Of a stretch of 64,000 nt of DNA, positions 1-11,204 are shown piece after piece. The stretch is from an uncultured Methanoregulaceae archaeon (GTDB lineage Archaea; Halobacteriota; Methanomicrobia; Methanomicrobiales; Methanospirillaceae): positions 64,001-128,000 of the forward strand of contig CAWJAX010000003.1 of the NCBI GenBank assembly GCA_963841015.1, in the 5' to 3' direction. Below the pieces are notes generated by a model that saw only the letters and a list, made by a program, of their open reading frames with translations, had not been told where the DNA came from and ran no database searches. How positions within the stretch are numbered: position 1 is the first letter of the stretch; the number at the start of each line of letters is the position of its first letter. Made by a program: the position numbers and the translations under genes.

Positions 1-120
1 AGAACGCAGAAAAGCAGGGTGAAACCCTCACGTTCTTTGAGTTTGCCAGACTGGGTATCCCGCTGACCCTTGTGCAGGCTTGGTGTGTACTGGGTATGGC
101 TGGAATTTATGCCGTATTAA
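1..120 (+). CDS. 3' end of ArsB/NhaD/CitMHS-like anion transporter (partial, probable indel near 87)
   Basis: Frame 3 reads NAEKQGETLTFFEFARLGIPLTLVQA, a typical C-terminus of ArsB/NhaD-type permeases; truncated by window edge. Confidence 0.5.
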
Positions 121-315
121 AAGCCGGAATTCTTTATTTAATGACATGTCCAAACTATGAGTCGAATCCTGAAAGCACCGGGGCAGAAGTTATCTTTGCG
201 GGAGGTACATTGAAATGTGCATGAATGCCACGGTGGCTGATCCCTGAATCATTTCCGCGGAACAGACCAGGGATATAAATATCGTGTACAAACTTTACAA
301 AAAAGGAATGAATGT

Positions 316-681
316 ATGGCAGAATACAATCTTGAACACCCGGATTCACCTGACAGGAAGCGGGAAGAACTGAAGGGAAAAGTCCTGCAGTTAAAGGATC
401 TCGTCAACTACAATGAGGGTACTGTCGCAAGCAGGATGATCATCTCGCGCAAGGCGGGAAATATCACCATTTTCTCATTTGACGAGAATGAAGGGCTCTC
501 CGAGCATACAGCACCATTCGATGCAGTGGTCACTATTCTCGACGGAGAGTGTGAGGTGTGGGTATCGGGGCAGACATACCCGATGAAGGAAGGAGACACG
601 ATCATCTTCCCGGCCAATGTCCCCCACGCCCTTTCCGCAATCACGAAGTTTAAAATGTCACTGACGATGATCAAGGAGTGA
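316..681 (+). CDS. cupin domain protein
   Basis: Cupin motifs LSEHTAPFDA..ILDGE and GDTIIFPANVPHAL. Confidence 0.9.
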   Translation: MAEYNLEHPDSPDRKREELKGKVLQLKDLVNYNEGTVASRMIISRKAGNITIFSFDENEGLSEHTAPFDAVVTILDGECEVWVSGQTYPMKEGDTIIFPANVPHALSAITKFKMSLTMIKE

Positions 682-687
682 GAAGAA

Positions 688-966
688 GTGGGTGGGGATG
701 ACAAGGAGGGATACTATTGCTCGATCTGCGGGGGAATTCCCCCCGATAAGATCACGACAAAGCGGATTCTTATCGATGGCAAGGAGACCGGCATTGACCA
801 CCTGGACTGGATCTTTGACGAAGTAAAAAAGCTCACACTGGCCGATGATGCTGTTATCACTGCAGAGCTGCTTAAAAGAGTAAAAGAGTTCAATTACATA
901 CCGACGAAAAAAACTGATGTATATGCTGCAGCGCTGCTCGTGGAATACAAGAAACGGCAATTCTAA
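688..966 (+). CDS. small hypothetical protein with N-terminal CxxC (CSIC)
   Basis: ORF packed directly after the cupin gene, with natural amino-acid composition. Confidence 0.7.
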   Translation: MGGDDKEGYYCSICGGIPPDKITTKRILIDGKETGIDHLDWIFDEVKKLTLADDAVITAELLKRVKEFNYIPTKKTDVYAAALLVEYKKRQF

Positions 967-1095
967 AGGATATTTTTGAATTTCGTGGATTTTCGCTCAA
1001 TAAGAAGTCACTGGAAGCAGCAGGTATCCTGCATTGATATCCTTTTATCTCTGCTGCACCCACGTTCAGCATATATCACGAACGTGGAGTATTCT

Positions 1096-1434
1096 ATGAA
1101 AATCACGGATGTAGCGAAAGTTGTGTCGGGACCAAACCCTCACCATGTGGACGCGCGTAAGATATATGAGTCTCCGCATGCGATGGCAGTCGTGATCACT
1201 CTCAAACCCGGTGAAGCACTAAAAAAGCACATCACACCGGTTGATGTCTTCTTTTATGTCCTGGAAGGATCCGGTGTTGTTGAAATTGGCGATGAGAAAC
1301 AGACAGTGGGAAAAGACATGCTGATCGAAAGTCCGGCAAGGATCCCCCACCGCTGGAGCAACGAGGACACATCGGTGTTTCGTGTTCTTGTAGTAAAGGT
1401 CCCAAAACCCACAGAAGAGACAAAATTGCTCTAA
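1096..1434 (+). CDS. cupin domain protein
   Basis: HITPVDVFFYVLEGSG and ESPARIPHRW cupin motifs; ATG at 1096 follows GGAG. Confidence 0.9.
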   Translation: MKITDVAKVVSGPNPHHVDARKIYESPHAMAVVITLKPGEALKKHITPVDVFFYVLEGSGVVEIGDEKQTVGKDMLIESPARIPHRWSNEDTSVFRVLVVKVPKPTEETKLL

Positions 1435-1462
1435 ACCAACAGGAAAAGATCGGGGGAACCTC

Positions 1463-3905
1463 ATGCCTGAACCAGAAAAAAAGAAAGCTGAATTGAAAAT
1501 TTCAGGAATGCACTGCGCAACCTGTGCAATCACTGTCGAAGAGTCCCTTTCAAACATCAGGGATGTCTCGACTGTCAAGGTAAATTTTGGCACCGATACT
1601 GCGCATGTTGAGTTTGATCCCGCAAAAGTCTCCCTGAGTGAAATTGAAAAAGCGGTGAAAGATGCGGGGTATGACATCATAAACCGTGAAGTTGCCCTTA
1701 AAATCGGCGGTATGGTTTGTGCCACCTGCGTTCAGACTATCGAGACTGCGCTTCGGGCACTCCCCGGTGTCATAACCGCAAACGTGAACCTCGGCACTGA
1801 AAAGGCATATGTTACGTTTAATCCCTCGGTTTCCCCTGTCACGGATATGAAAAAAGCGATCGAAGATGCGGGTTACCAGTATCTCGGTATCACAGGTGAG
1901 GTGAGTGAGGAAGCTGAGAAGATTGCACGGGAAAAAGATCTGCACGATAAATTCCTCCGGTTCACTATCGGATTTGCAGTTAGTATCCCGCTAATGCTTG
2001 CCATGTGGGTACCCCTCCCCCTGCCCATGCATACACTCCCGTATGTAATGTTTGTCATTTCGACTCCGGTTTTTTTCTATGTTGCTTATCCCATATTCCG
2101 TGCTGCATCCATGGCTTTACGCAACCGTTCACTCAACATGGACGTCATGTATGCGATGGGCACCGGTGTTGCGTATGCTGCCAGTGTCATGGGTACCTTT
2201 GGCATCATCCTTACCCACGAGTTCATGTTTTATGATACTGCGATCATGCTTGCCTCATTCCTCATGCTCGGGCGCTACCTTGAGGCACGCGCAAAAGGGA
2301 GAACCTCAGAAGCGATCAGGAAACTTGCCGGGCTCCGGGCAAAAACTGCCACCATTATCCGTGATGGTAAGGAAGAGGAAATTCCTGTCGACGATGTAAT
2401 TGTCGGGGATATTATCGTGATAAAACCAGGTAGCAAGGTCCCGGTTGACGGTGAGGTTGTGGCGGGTGAGAGTTATGTGGATGAATCCATGATCACCGGT
2501 GAGCCGATTCCCCCTCTCAAAACTAAAGGAAGCCTGGTGGTTGGCGGGACGATCAATACCAACAGCATCCTTTCAGTAAAGGCTACAAAAGTAGGGAGGG
2601 AAACAGTACTTGCCCAGATCATCCAGCTCGTCGAGGATGCCCAGGGTTCAAAGCCCCCGGTACAGCGGATTGCTGATACCGCGGTAACCTATTTTATTCC
2701 TGCCGTACTTGTTATTGCCTTCACTGCATTTATCGTGTGGTTCTTTGTATTCCCGGTCCCCCCCGACCCGCTTCTCTTTGCCATGACAGACTCTCATATC
2801 CGTGCTGGTAGTCGCGTGCCCCTGTGCGCTGGGTCTCGCAACACCCACAGCCGTTACGGTTGGTCTTGGCCGTGGTGCTGAGCTGGGTATCCTGATTAAA
2901 AATGGCGACGCCCTTGAAGTTGCCGAAAAAATTACGACCGTTGTATTTGATAAGACCGGTACCCTGACAAAAGGAAAGCCGGAAGTCACAGATATCATTC
3001 CAACCGGTATTTCCGAAGAGACACTCCTGGGGCTTGCTGCAAGCGTCGAGAAGAACTCACAACACCCGCTTGCTCAGGCTGTTGTCCGAAAGGCCGGCAG
3101 TAAAGGAATTGCCCTTGAACCGGCCGATCACTTTGACACATTGGGAGGTAAGGGGGTGATTGCTACCGTGCTGGGGGAAACCGTCCTTGTCGGAAACCGT
3201 ATCCTGTTGCAGGAAAACGGAATTGTGATCCCCAGGGAAACGGAGGAACAGATCACAGCCCTTGAACAGGATGGTAAAACGGCAATTCTTATTGCTGCCG
3301 GCACAGCTATGGCGGGGGTGATCGCGATAGCGGATACCCTTAAGGAAACAAGCCGGGAATCTGTACTGGATCTCCAGATGATGGGAGTTCATGTTGTTAT
3401 GATTACCGGCGACAACAAACGTACCGCGGATGCCATAGCCCGCCAGATCGGGATTGAGCGGGTGGTTGCACAAGTGCTCCCGCAGGACAAAGCTGCAGAA
3501 GTAAAAACACTTCAGGAAAAAGGCGAGATCGTGGCATTTGTTGGTGACGGCATCAATGATGCTCCTGCACTCGCGCAGGCAGATGTGGGTATTGCCATCG
3601 GCAGCGGCACTGACGTGGCAATCGAAAGCGCAGATGTGGTCCTGATCAAGGATGACCTGCTTGATTCGGTCGCGGCAATCCAGCTCTCCAGAAAAGTGAT
3701 GGGACGGATCAAAGGGAACATTTTCTGGGCTTTTGCCTATAATGTCGCACTTATCCCGGTCGCGGCAGGGGTGCTCTATCCATCCTTTGGTTTTATGTTC
3801 AGACCGGAACTTGCCGCGCTCGCGATGGCACTCAGTTCAGTGACAGTCGTAAGCCTCTCCCTGTTACTCAAAAAGTATATACCCGACGCAAAGAAAGGGA
3901 GATAA
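1463..3905 (+). CDS. copA: Cu(I)-translocating P1B-type ATPase (frameshift near 2790 joins ORFs 1463-2881 and 2802-3905)
   Basis: Two HMA domains (GMHCATC, GMVCATC), TGE, CPC, DKTGT, HP, GDGINDAP, YN and MxxSS motifs. Confidence 0.93.
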
Positions 3906-3918
3906 CTGAGGTGAAAGC

Positions 3919-4059
3919 ATGGCGATTGATCCTATCTGCAAAATGACGGTTGATGAAAAAACGGCAAAGTTCACCAGCGAATATAAGGGTAAAAAGTACT
4001 ACTTCTGCGCTCCAGGCTGCAAAAAGAAATTTGATGCCGAACCGCAAAAGTATGCATGA
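3919..4059 (+). CDS. YHS/TRASH domain metallochaperone (46 aa)
   Basis: Read by eye: MAIDPICKMTVDEKTAKFTSEYKGKKYYFCAPGCKKKFDAEPQKYA; GAGGTG RBS; directly after copA. Confidence 0.9.
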   Translation: MAIDPICKMTVDEKTAKFTSEYKGKKYYFCAPGCKKKFDAEPQKYA

Positions 4060-4210
4060 GTAAACCGGGCTGGTTTATCCGCGTAATAAGGGATTCAGCC
4101 CCACGAATCCTTTTTTTAGTATTTCCAGAGAATCTTGATGGAGGTACAGGAATCACCATGATCAACCGATAAAAATCTTCCGATGCACCAAATGGGGACA
4201 AGGTGAAAAA

Positions 4211-4812
4211 TTGTCGTTTTTTATCAATCCTGAAATCTACAACGGGGTAATTCTGCCGATCCTGCTATTTCTTACCCGGATATACGATGTAAGCATGGAT
4301 ACGAACCGGGTTTTTTTAAAATGCCAAGGGTGTCTGGAGCCCCGCTCCAATCATCGCATTTATTGAGATTGTGAAATGGCTCCCTGCCATAAAAGTCGTA
4401 ATGAAGGATCTTCCCAATATCGCTAACTTTCTGGCATTTGCCTTCGGGTTTGCAATCGGCACCTATATCGGCCTCGTGATTGAGGAGAAACTCTCAATTG
4501 GAATGGTGATTCTGCGTATTTTAAAGACAGAAGACTCCACTGAAGAGATCGTCTCTTTTATGCAGGCAGATAATTATGGTGTTGCCACTTTGGATGCCAC
4601 GGGTTCGCGGGGAAATGTAAAAATGATTCTATCTCTCGTCAACTGTGTTAATGTTCCCTGTATCACAGCACACCTTCAATCAACAAATTCCCCTGCCTTC
4701 TTCTCTAATTAAGATGTGCGGCATGCGAATGAAGGAGTCTTCCGCCCGAAAAAACCCAATGCTCTCACCGGTCTGTTTCATTCGTTCATACGACCCCGGA
4801 AGAAAAAAATAA
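4211..4812 (+). pseudogene. degenerate DUF2179/UPF0316-family membrane protein
   Basis: ILPILLFLTRIYDVSM, GFAIGTYIGLVIEEKLSIG and DVRHANEGVF motifs, interrupted by a frameshift (~4340) and an in-frame TAA (4710-4712). Confidence 0.7.
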
Positions 4813-4895
4813 CATCTTAATATCCGGCAAATCATGCCTTTTACGAAAGAATTAATAAACAACAAACTAATTATCGAATAAAAGGAGGAAAAAAA

Positions 4896-5384
4896 ATGAT
4901 TTCCAAGACCATGGAACAAGCCCTGAACAAACAGGTTAACCGTGAGTTTTACTCGGCATACCTGTATCTTGCAATGTCTTCGTATTTCGAAACCGTTAAT
5001 ATGAAAGGATTTGCCCACTGGATGAAAATTCAGGCAAAAGAAGAACAGTCTCATGCCTTAAAGATTTACGACTATGTTCTTGCACGAGGGGGAAAAGTAA
5101 ACCTCCTTGATATCGAAGCACCGAAAGCAAAGTGGGCCTCTGCCGGCAAAGTGTTCGAAGAAGTGTATGCCCATGAGCAGAAGGTCACCGCCATGATCAA
5201 CGGGCTTGTTGATCTTGCTATCAAGGAAAAAGATCACGCGAGCTTTGAGATGCTCCAGTGGTTTGTCAAAGAACAGGTTGAGGAAGAGGAGCATGCAAGT
5301 TCAATTCTCGGACAGGTAATGTGCATGGGTGATATTCCCGGCCATCTCTTCTGGCTTGATCACCACTTGGGAAAGAGGGAATAG
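4896..5384 (+). CDS. ftnA: non-heme ferritin
   Basis: LNKQVNREFYSAYLYLAMS, EEQSHA, LQWFVKEQVEEE ferroxidase motifs. Confidence 0.95.
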   Translation: MISKTMEQALNKQVNREFYSAYLYLAMSSYFETVNMKGFAHWMKIQAKEEQSHALKIYDYVLARGGKVNLLDIEAPKAKWASAGKVFEEVYAHEQKVTAMINGLVDLAIKEKDHASFEMLQWFVKEQVEEEEHASSILGQVMCMGDIPGHLFWLDHHLGKRE

Positions 5385-5433
5385 ATACCAATCTTTTTAT
5401 TTTTTTGCATCCTTGATCCCGTAAGGTTACCGC

Positions 5434-6801
5434 ATGCTTTCAGTCCTTGTTATTGATGACCAGAAATCACTGCTTGAGGTTATACGCCCCTTACTTGAAC
5501 GTTTCGGCAACATGAATGTAAAGACAGCAGTATCCGCACAGGAAGCGCTGGATCTCCTGACAAGCAATACATACGATGCGATGGTCGTTGATTACGATCT
5601 GCCGGATATCAACGGAATTGAATTTTTAAAGATGATCCGGGCAAAGGGAAATACGACACCCTTGATCATTTACACTGGTGTTGGCCGGGAATATGCCGCA
5701 ATCGAAGCACTCAATTACGGTGCAGATTTTTTCTTAAAAAAAGGTGATGATGTTCAGGATCAGCTGCTCGATATGGTACACATGATCAGACAGGCAGTTG
5801 ACCGGAGGAATATGGGGAGGGGACCTGGCACTACCCAGAAAATCCTTGCAGATGCGTTCAACTTTTTTAATCAGCCCGCATTTGTGATTGATCGTGAAGG
5901 CATAGTGATCGTATGGAACAAGGGAATGGCAGCAATGACAGGAATCAGAGAGGGAGACATGGTGGGTAAGGGGGATTGGGAATATTCGATTCCTTTTTTT
6001 GGGCACAGATCCCCGATGCTCAGTGATCTTATTTTCCAGGATGATGCTACCCTTCTTGAAAATCATTACACCGTTATTGAAAAGGAAAAGGGGACAATCA
6101 CTGCGTGGACCAATGCGACACCGGAGGAAGGACGCCAGACCGTTTTATGGATGAAGTCGACTGCACTCTACGACAGCAAAGGTATTTTCATCGGTGTAAT
6201 GGGAAGAGTAAGAGATGTTACTGAGGAGATGGGTGCAGAACTTGCACCCCTGCCTAAACAAACCGCAGAGTCTTCAGCCACATCTCTTACTCCCAAGGCC
6301 GGTATGTTTGATAAGCTGCTGGGGAAAGCAAAAACCAACTACCGGAAAGGCATGCGGCTCTCTTTCTGGGAAGGAAAGTATGCTGAGGCGATTCCGTATT
6401 TTGATAAATCGATTGAAATCGATCCCTTGCATGCCAATGTCTGGCACGACCGAGGTGTATGTTACCGGGTGCTGGGAAAAGACGCTGAGGCACTTCGGAA
6501 TTTTGACAGGGCGGTTGAACTCGCACCGGATGATGAGGAGTTCATGTTTTCCCGTGCTGAGATGCTTAAAACGATCGGCATACTGCGACAACGACAGGAT
6601 CTCCTTGAATCAGCAGTTCAGATCCTCAATCGCATAGTTGAGAGGAACCCGAACCATGCAGAAGCATGGAACTGCCTTGGGATCTGTTCCAAGGAACTGG
6701 GAAAAGAACTCTTGTCACGCCAGTATTTTGACAAGTCCCGGGATATAATCAAACAGGGAAAGAACCGGAAAAAAACCCGGTCGTTTGATTTCCTTTCCTA
6801 A
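5434..6801 (+). CDS. response regulator with REC, PAS and C-terminal TPR domains
   Basis: VLVIDD / VVDYDLPDINGIEFL receiver; AFVIDREGIVIVWNKGM PAS; TPR repeats at C-terminus. Confidence 0.88.
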   Translation: MLSVLVIDDQKSLLEVIRPLLERFGNMNVKTAVSAQEALDLLTSNTYDAMVVDYDLPDINGIEFLKMIRAKGNTTPLIIYTGVGREYAAIEALNYGADFFLKKGDDVQDQLLDMVHMIRQAVDRRNMGRGPGTTQKILADAFNFFNQPAFVIDREGIVIVWNKGMAAMTGIREGDMVGKGDWEYSIPFFGHRSPMLSDLIFQDDATLLENHYTVIEKEKGTITAWTNATPEEGRQTVLWMKSTALYDSKGIFIGVMGRVRDVTEEMGAELAPLPKQTAESSATSLTPKAGMFDKLLGKAKTNYRKGMRLSFWEGKYAEAIPYFDKSIEIDPLHANVWHDRGVCYRVLGKDAEALRNFDRAVELAPDDEEFMFSRAEMLKTIGILRQRQDLLESAVQILNRIVERNPNHAEAWNCLGICSKELGKELLSRQYFDKSRDIIKQGKNRKKTRSFDFLS

Positions 6802-6864
6802 CTCTCTCAACAATAGATTTTACCTATATACGGCAAATATCCTCTTTTAACTGAGGATGTTACT

Positions 6865-7971
6865 ATGAAAAGTGCTGTCTATTTTGCAAACCTGCGGGCG
6901 TATACCGATCAGGATAGTATAACGAAAAAAATACAGCGGCTCTTTGACCGCGCCGGCTTTTCAGAAATTATTGCACCTCATGATAAAACCGCTATCAAAC
7001 TTCATTTTGGTGAGCGGGGGAATGATGGTTTCATCAGTCCGGTATATGTTCGCGAGATTGTGGACAAAGTAAAAGCATGCGGAAGCATTCCCTTTCTGAC
7101 CGATACCAATACCCTGTATCTCGGGAGTCGTTCGAATGCAGCTGATCATATCACGACTGCCATTCTGCACGGATTTGACTATGCTGTAACCGGTGCACCG
7201 ATTATTATAGCAGACGGGCTTTTTGGTATGAATGTGGCTGAGGTAAAAATTGAAAAAAAACATTTTAATACCGTTTCCATTGCCGGAGATATCATCCTAT
7301 CAGACAGTATGATTGTGATGAGCCATTTCAAGGGTCATATCGTATCAGGATTCGGTGGAGCCATAAAAAATCTGGCTATGGGTTGTGCACCTCCTGCAGG
7401 GAAACGGGCACAACACAATGCACGCCCGTTTACCATAGCCGACAGGTGTTCAGGATGTGGAACATGTGCTGAAGTCTGCCCCAAAGCAGCGATCACGATA
7501 ATAAAAAAGAAATCCTCAATTGACAGGGATACATGTATCGGGTGTTTTGATTGTATGCATGTGTGCCCGGAACATGCTATAGATATTGACTGGGAGACTG
7601 AGATCCCGATATTTATGGAACGGATGGTCGAGTATGCCTATGGGGTGGCACATCTGAAAAAAGGAAAAATCGGGTACATGAACTTCCTCATCCGCATAAC
7701 ACCGGATTGTGACTGTTTCCCGTTCAGCGATACACCAATTGTCCCGGATATCGGCATTCTGGCTTCGAAGGATCCTGTAGCCATCGATGCGGCGAGTTTT
7801 TACCTGGTGAACCGTCAAACAGGGTTTACCGATTCGCTTCTTACCACCCATCATCGTAAAGGAGAGGACAAATTCACCGGTGTACATGCACAGACGGATG
7901 GATACCGCCAGATACGTTATGCTGAAGAGATAGGGATGGGAAGTAGCGCATACGATTTAATTGTCATTTAA
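6865..7971 (+). CDS. DUF362 family Fe-S protein with 2x[4Fe-4S] ferredoxin insert
   Basis: KLHFGE, SHFKGH..GFGGAIKN, two CxxCxxCxxxCP motifs, PDCDC, DPVAIDAAS. Confidence 0.9.
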   Translation: MKSAVYFANLRAYTDQDSITKKIQRLFDRAGFSEIIAPHDKTAIKLHFGERGNDGFISPVYVREIVDKVKACGSIPFLTDTNTLYLGSRSNAADHITTAILHGFDYAVTGAPIIIADGLFGMNVAEVKIEKKHFNTVSIAGDIILSDSMIVMSHFKGHIVSGFGGAIKNLAMGCAPPAGKRAQHNARPFTIADRCSGCGTCAEVCPKAAITIIKKKSSIDRDTCIGCFDCMHVCPEHAIDIDWETEIPIFMERMVEYAYGVAHLKKGKIGYMNFLIRITPDCDCFPFSDTPIVPDIGILASKDPVAIDAASFYLVNRQTGFTDSLLTTHHRKGEDKFTGVHAQTDGYRQIRYAEEIGMGSSAYDLIVI

Positions 7972-8222
7972 TCATCTGGTCATTTTTTTTATAAAATGAT
8001 AATTTTTTAGTTTTTTCCTGACTTTAGATCCATTTTTCCCAGAAAATGTGTGATAATCATGCCTTCATCACGGTTTAAAACAGTAAAGTTTAAATGAGGG
8101 TGGAAAGCAAGCGCTTATTACTGAACGAGTTTTAAATCATTTAGTTTGAGATCGATTTTTCGCTCAAACCTCATCTTCGTTCAGAATCGAAGGTCATCCA
8201 GTTATTCCAATGGAGTGTATTC

Positions 8223-9812
8223 ATGAATCTTAGACAACCAAATGCAAATGAAGCAACCGGGACGGTGAACCGCTCACGGGATGTCGCCCCGTGCTCTGGT
8301 ATCTGTACCCGTTGCCTAGATGGATGCAAAGGCAGCTGCGAGATCTGGTTATCAACGTTCCGGGGAAGGGAGGTTTTATATCCCGGTCCATTTGGCGAAA
8401 TCACTGCAGGAGCCGATAAGAACTACCCGATTGATTATTCTCATCTCAACATTCAGGGATATGCAGTCGGTGCGTGGGGACTTCCTGATGGCGTCGAAGC
8501 TGGTCCGGACACTGCTATCTTCTCTGATGTGAATACCGAGACTGAGTACGGGTGGGACAAAAAAGTCAAGATGCGCCTTCCAATCTTCACCGGTGCTCTC
8601 GGATCAACCGAAATTGCACGGGCTAACTGGGAACACTTTGCGATCGGTGCAGCAATATCCGGTATCACATTAGTCTGTGGTGAAAATGTCTGTGGTATTG
8701 ATCCCGGTCTGAAACGCGATGCCAAAGGTAAAGTTATTGAGTCTCCCGAAATGGACCGCCGAATTAATATTTATAAAAAATTCCACGATGGTTATGGAGA
8801 GATGCTCGTTCAGATGAATGTCGAAGACACCCGGCTTGGAACCGCGGAGTATGTCGCGAGCAAACACAACCTGGATACGATTGAACTTAAGTGGGGCCAG
8901 GGTGCTAAATGCATCGGTGGTGAGATTAAGGTTAAGTCACTCGAGCGAGCGATCGAGCTCAAGAAGCGGGGTTTTATAGTACTGCCGGATCCTACTATCA
9001 AAGAGAACCAGATGGCTTTCAAAGCGGGGGCTATCAAGGAATTCGAACGCCACTCACGGCTCGGCTTTGTTACCAAGGAAGGATTCTTGGAAGAAGTTGA
9101 CCGTCTCCGTGACATTGGTTTCAAGCGAGTCACTTTAAAGACTGGTGCATACTCCATGGTCGAGCTGGCTATGGCAATGCGCTATTGTTCTGAAGCAAAG
9201 ATCGATTTGCTCACCATTGATGGTGCCCCCGGCGGGACAGGAATGAGCCCGTGGCCTATGATGAATGAATGGGGTATCCCCTCCTTCTACCTGCAGTCAC
9301 TCGCCTATGAATTTGCCTGTAAACTGGAAAAGAGAGGATTCCGGGTACCAGATCTGGCTATGGCCGGTGGTTTCTCAGATGAACCCGGCACGTTCAAGGC
9401 ACTCGCGATGGGAAGCCCCTATTTCAAGGCGGTCTGCATGGGCAGAGGACTCATGATCCCCGGAATGGTAGGCAAAAATATTGAGAAGTGGATCAAAGAA
9501 GGCGATCTTCCCAAGACTGTTTCGAAATATGGAAACAATATCGAGGAAATTTTTGTCTGTTATGAGGAGCTTAAGGAGAAATACGGTGCACGCATGAAGG
9601 ATATTCCAATGGGTGCGGTTGGTATCTACACGTACTCCCAGAAGTTCAGGACCGGTCTCCAGCAGATCATGGCGGGCAGCAGAAACTTCCGGCTCTCGAC
9701 AATGAGCCGTGAAGACCTGATGGCACTTACACCAGAAGCAGCAGAAGTATCCGGCATCGACTATGTCATGGGTGCACGGTACGATGAGGCGATGGGTGCC
9801 CTGCTCGATTGA
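8223..9812 (+). CDS. FMN-binding glutamate synthase family protein (stand-alone)
   Basis: IELKWGQGAK, TIDGAPGGTG and AGG motifs; N-terminal Cys cluster CSGICTRCLDGCKGSC. Confidence 0.88.
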   Translation: MNLRQPNANEATGTVNRSRDVAPCSGICTRCLDGCKGSCEIWLSTFRGREVLYPGPFGEITAGADKNYPIDYSHLNIQGYAVGAWGLPDGVEAGPDTAIFSDVNTETEYGWDKKVKMRLPIFTGALGSTEIARANWEHFAIGAAISGITLVCGENVCGIDPGLKRDAKGKVIESPEMDRRINIYKKFHDGYGEMLVQMNVEDTRLGTAEYVASKHNLDTIELKWGQGAKCIGGEIKVKSLERAIELKKRGFIVLPDPTIKENQMAFKAGAIKEFERHSRLGFVTKEGFLEEVDRLRDIGFKRVTLKTGAYSMVELAMAMRYCSEAKIDLLTIDGAPGGTGMSPWPMMNEWGIPSFYLQSLAYEFACKLEKRGFRVPDLAMAGGFSDEPGTFKALAMGSPYFKAVCMGRGLMIPGMVGKNIEKWIKEGDLPKTVSKYGNNIEEIFVCYEELKEKYGARMKDIPMGAVGIYTYSQKFRTGLQQIMAGSRNFRLSTMSREDLMALTPEAAEVSGIDYVMGARYDEAMGALLD

Positions 9813-9877
9813 ATAAAGTAAACGAATTATTATATTTTTTTTGCACTTGTCCGAAATTCTATAAAAAAATCACTGGT

Positions 9878-11047
9878 TTATTTCTTGAGTTGTCGTGTTA
9901 TGGTGAAAGATTCCAGCAGCTGGTAAGTAATACGCGTTCCAAGACTCGGCTGGATGGCTTCTAGCCAGAGGAAAAAACCAACTTTCGAAGGGGTTGGTCG
10001 TTCAAATTTGAAATGCCCATCTTTTGCCTGGATCATTTTATGGTACTCTTTTTTCTGTCGGGAACGCAGGTAAATGATCAGTTCATAATCAGGAAGATCA
10101 GTCGCAATGATTGCCTTGGAATAAAACTTGAAAAAATCCTCATATTCAATTTTTCTCCCTTTCACTGTCAGACCATAGGAATCACACAGTAATTTTACCG
10201 ACTGAGGGAACAATCCGCCATAGAGAACTTTTTTAACAAGCTGCCCGGTCTGGCTGGTGATCTTCGGTAATTCTCGTTCGACTCCTTTTCCAATCTCACT
10301 GAAGATATGAGTACGCACTTCATCGTGGTAACGCTTGTAGTCAAATGGGTGTTTCATCGGGAAATCTGTTGCTGGAATCAGGTTTGGGTGATTTTCCGGG
10401 TTGTTATACAGAATACGAGGGCGATAATGTTTGAGAATTGATTTTATTTCCTCACATGAAGTTGTATGAATAATTGCATTCGTCTTATCCTTTCCAAGCC
10501 TTTTAACAACAGAATAGTTGGAAAGATCTATCGATGAAACAAGAAGAAAGGGGGTGATTTTCTGATCGTAAAGATAACCGATGAGGCGTTTTTTGAATGC
10601 GATTTCCTGTTCAAACTCTTTTAGATCTGATGGGGAGGTCACCACTTCAGCAAATGCAACATGGTTATCCGAATCGACCAGCAGCATATCAAATTCGGCA
10701 AGGTCCTGGCCATTTCCCCTGATCGTGATGTCACCATATTTCGAATAATAAAGGCCGTCCTGTCCGAGCTTAACATCCTCCCGCCTGCGGGGAGCATCGG
10801 CACCTTTTCGTGCAAGGTATTTTATCCGGCTGGATTTTTTTGCGATATCCAGAAACATTTCATACACAATTGCTTCGAACCACCTTCCTTCCGCAGTCCG
10901 CATTGGTTCGATATCCGGGGAGAAAAGTTTTTTTCGCTCAATCTTGTTCATATGACGCGTGGCGTTGAGGGCAATGGCTGCGTTTGGCTTAAAATGTTTG
11001 AAATTTGCTGAGAGCCACGGGATCATGAGTGCAGTATAGAATTTCAA
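9878..11047 (-). CDS. hypothetical protein, possible PD-(D/E)XK-like fold
   Basis: 389 aa ORF with GRWFE..EFDMLL..FAEVV pattern; start uncertain. Confidence 0.7.
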   Translation of the reverse strand: MKFYTALMIPWLSANFKHFKPNAAIALNATRHMNKIERKKLFSPDIEPMRTAEGRWFEAIVYEMFLDIAKKSSRIKYLARKGADAPRRREDVKLGQDGLYYSKYGDITIRGNGQDLAEFDMLLVDSDNHVAFAEVVTSPSDLKEFEQEIAFKKRLIGYLYDQKITPFLLVSSIDLSNYSVVKRLGKDKTNAIIHTTSCEEIKSILKHYRPRILYNNPENHPNLIPATDFPMKHPFDYKRYHDEVRTHIFSEIGKGVERELPKITSQTGQLVKKVLYGGLFPQSVKLLCDSYGLTVKGRKIEYEDFFKFYSKAIIATDLPDYELIIYLRSRQKKEYHKMIQAKDGHFKFERPTPSKVGFFLWLEAIQPSLGTRITYQLLESFTITRQLKK

Positions 11048-11204
11048 CCCCTCTTGTAAATAACAATCTGCTTTTAGTTCCTTATTCCAAAATCTATATA
11101 TTATGGAAAACTATAAATAGATTAGAAAGATATTTCCTTCGTACCTAAGCTGTGTGTAACCAAGTACATAGCGAGGGGGGAAAAAGCGAGGGGGTCTTTA
11201 AGAA

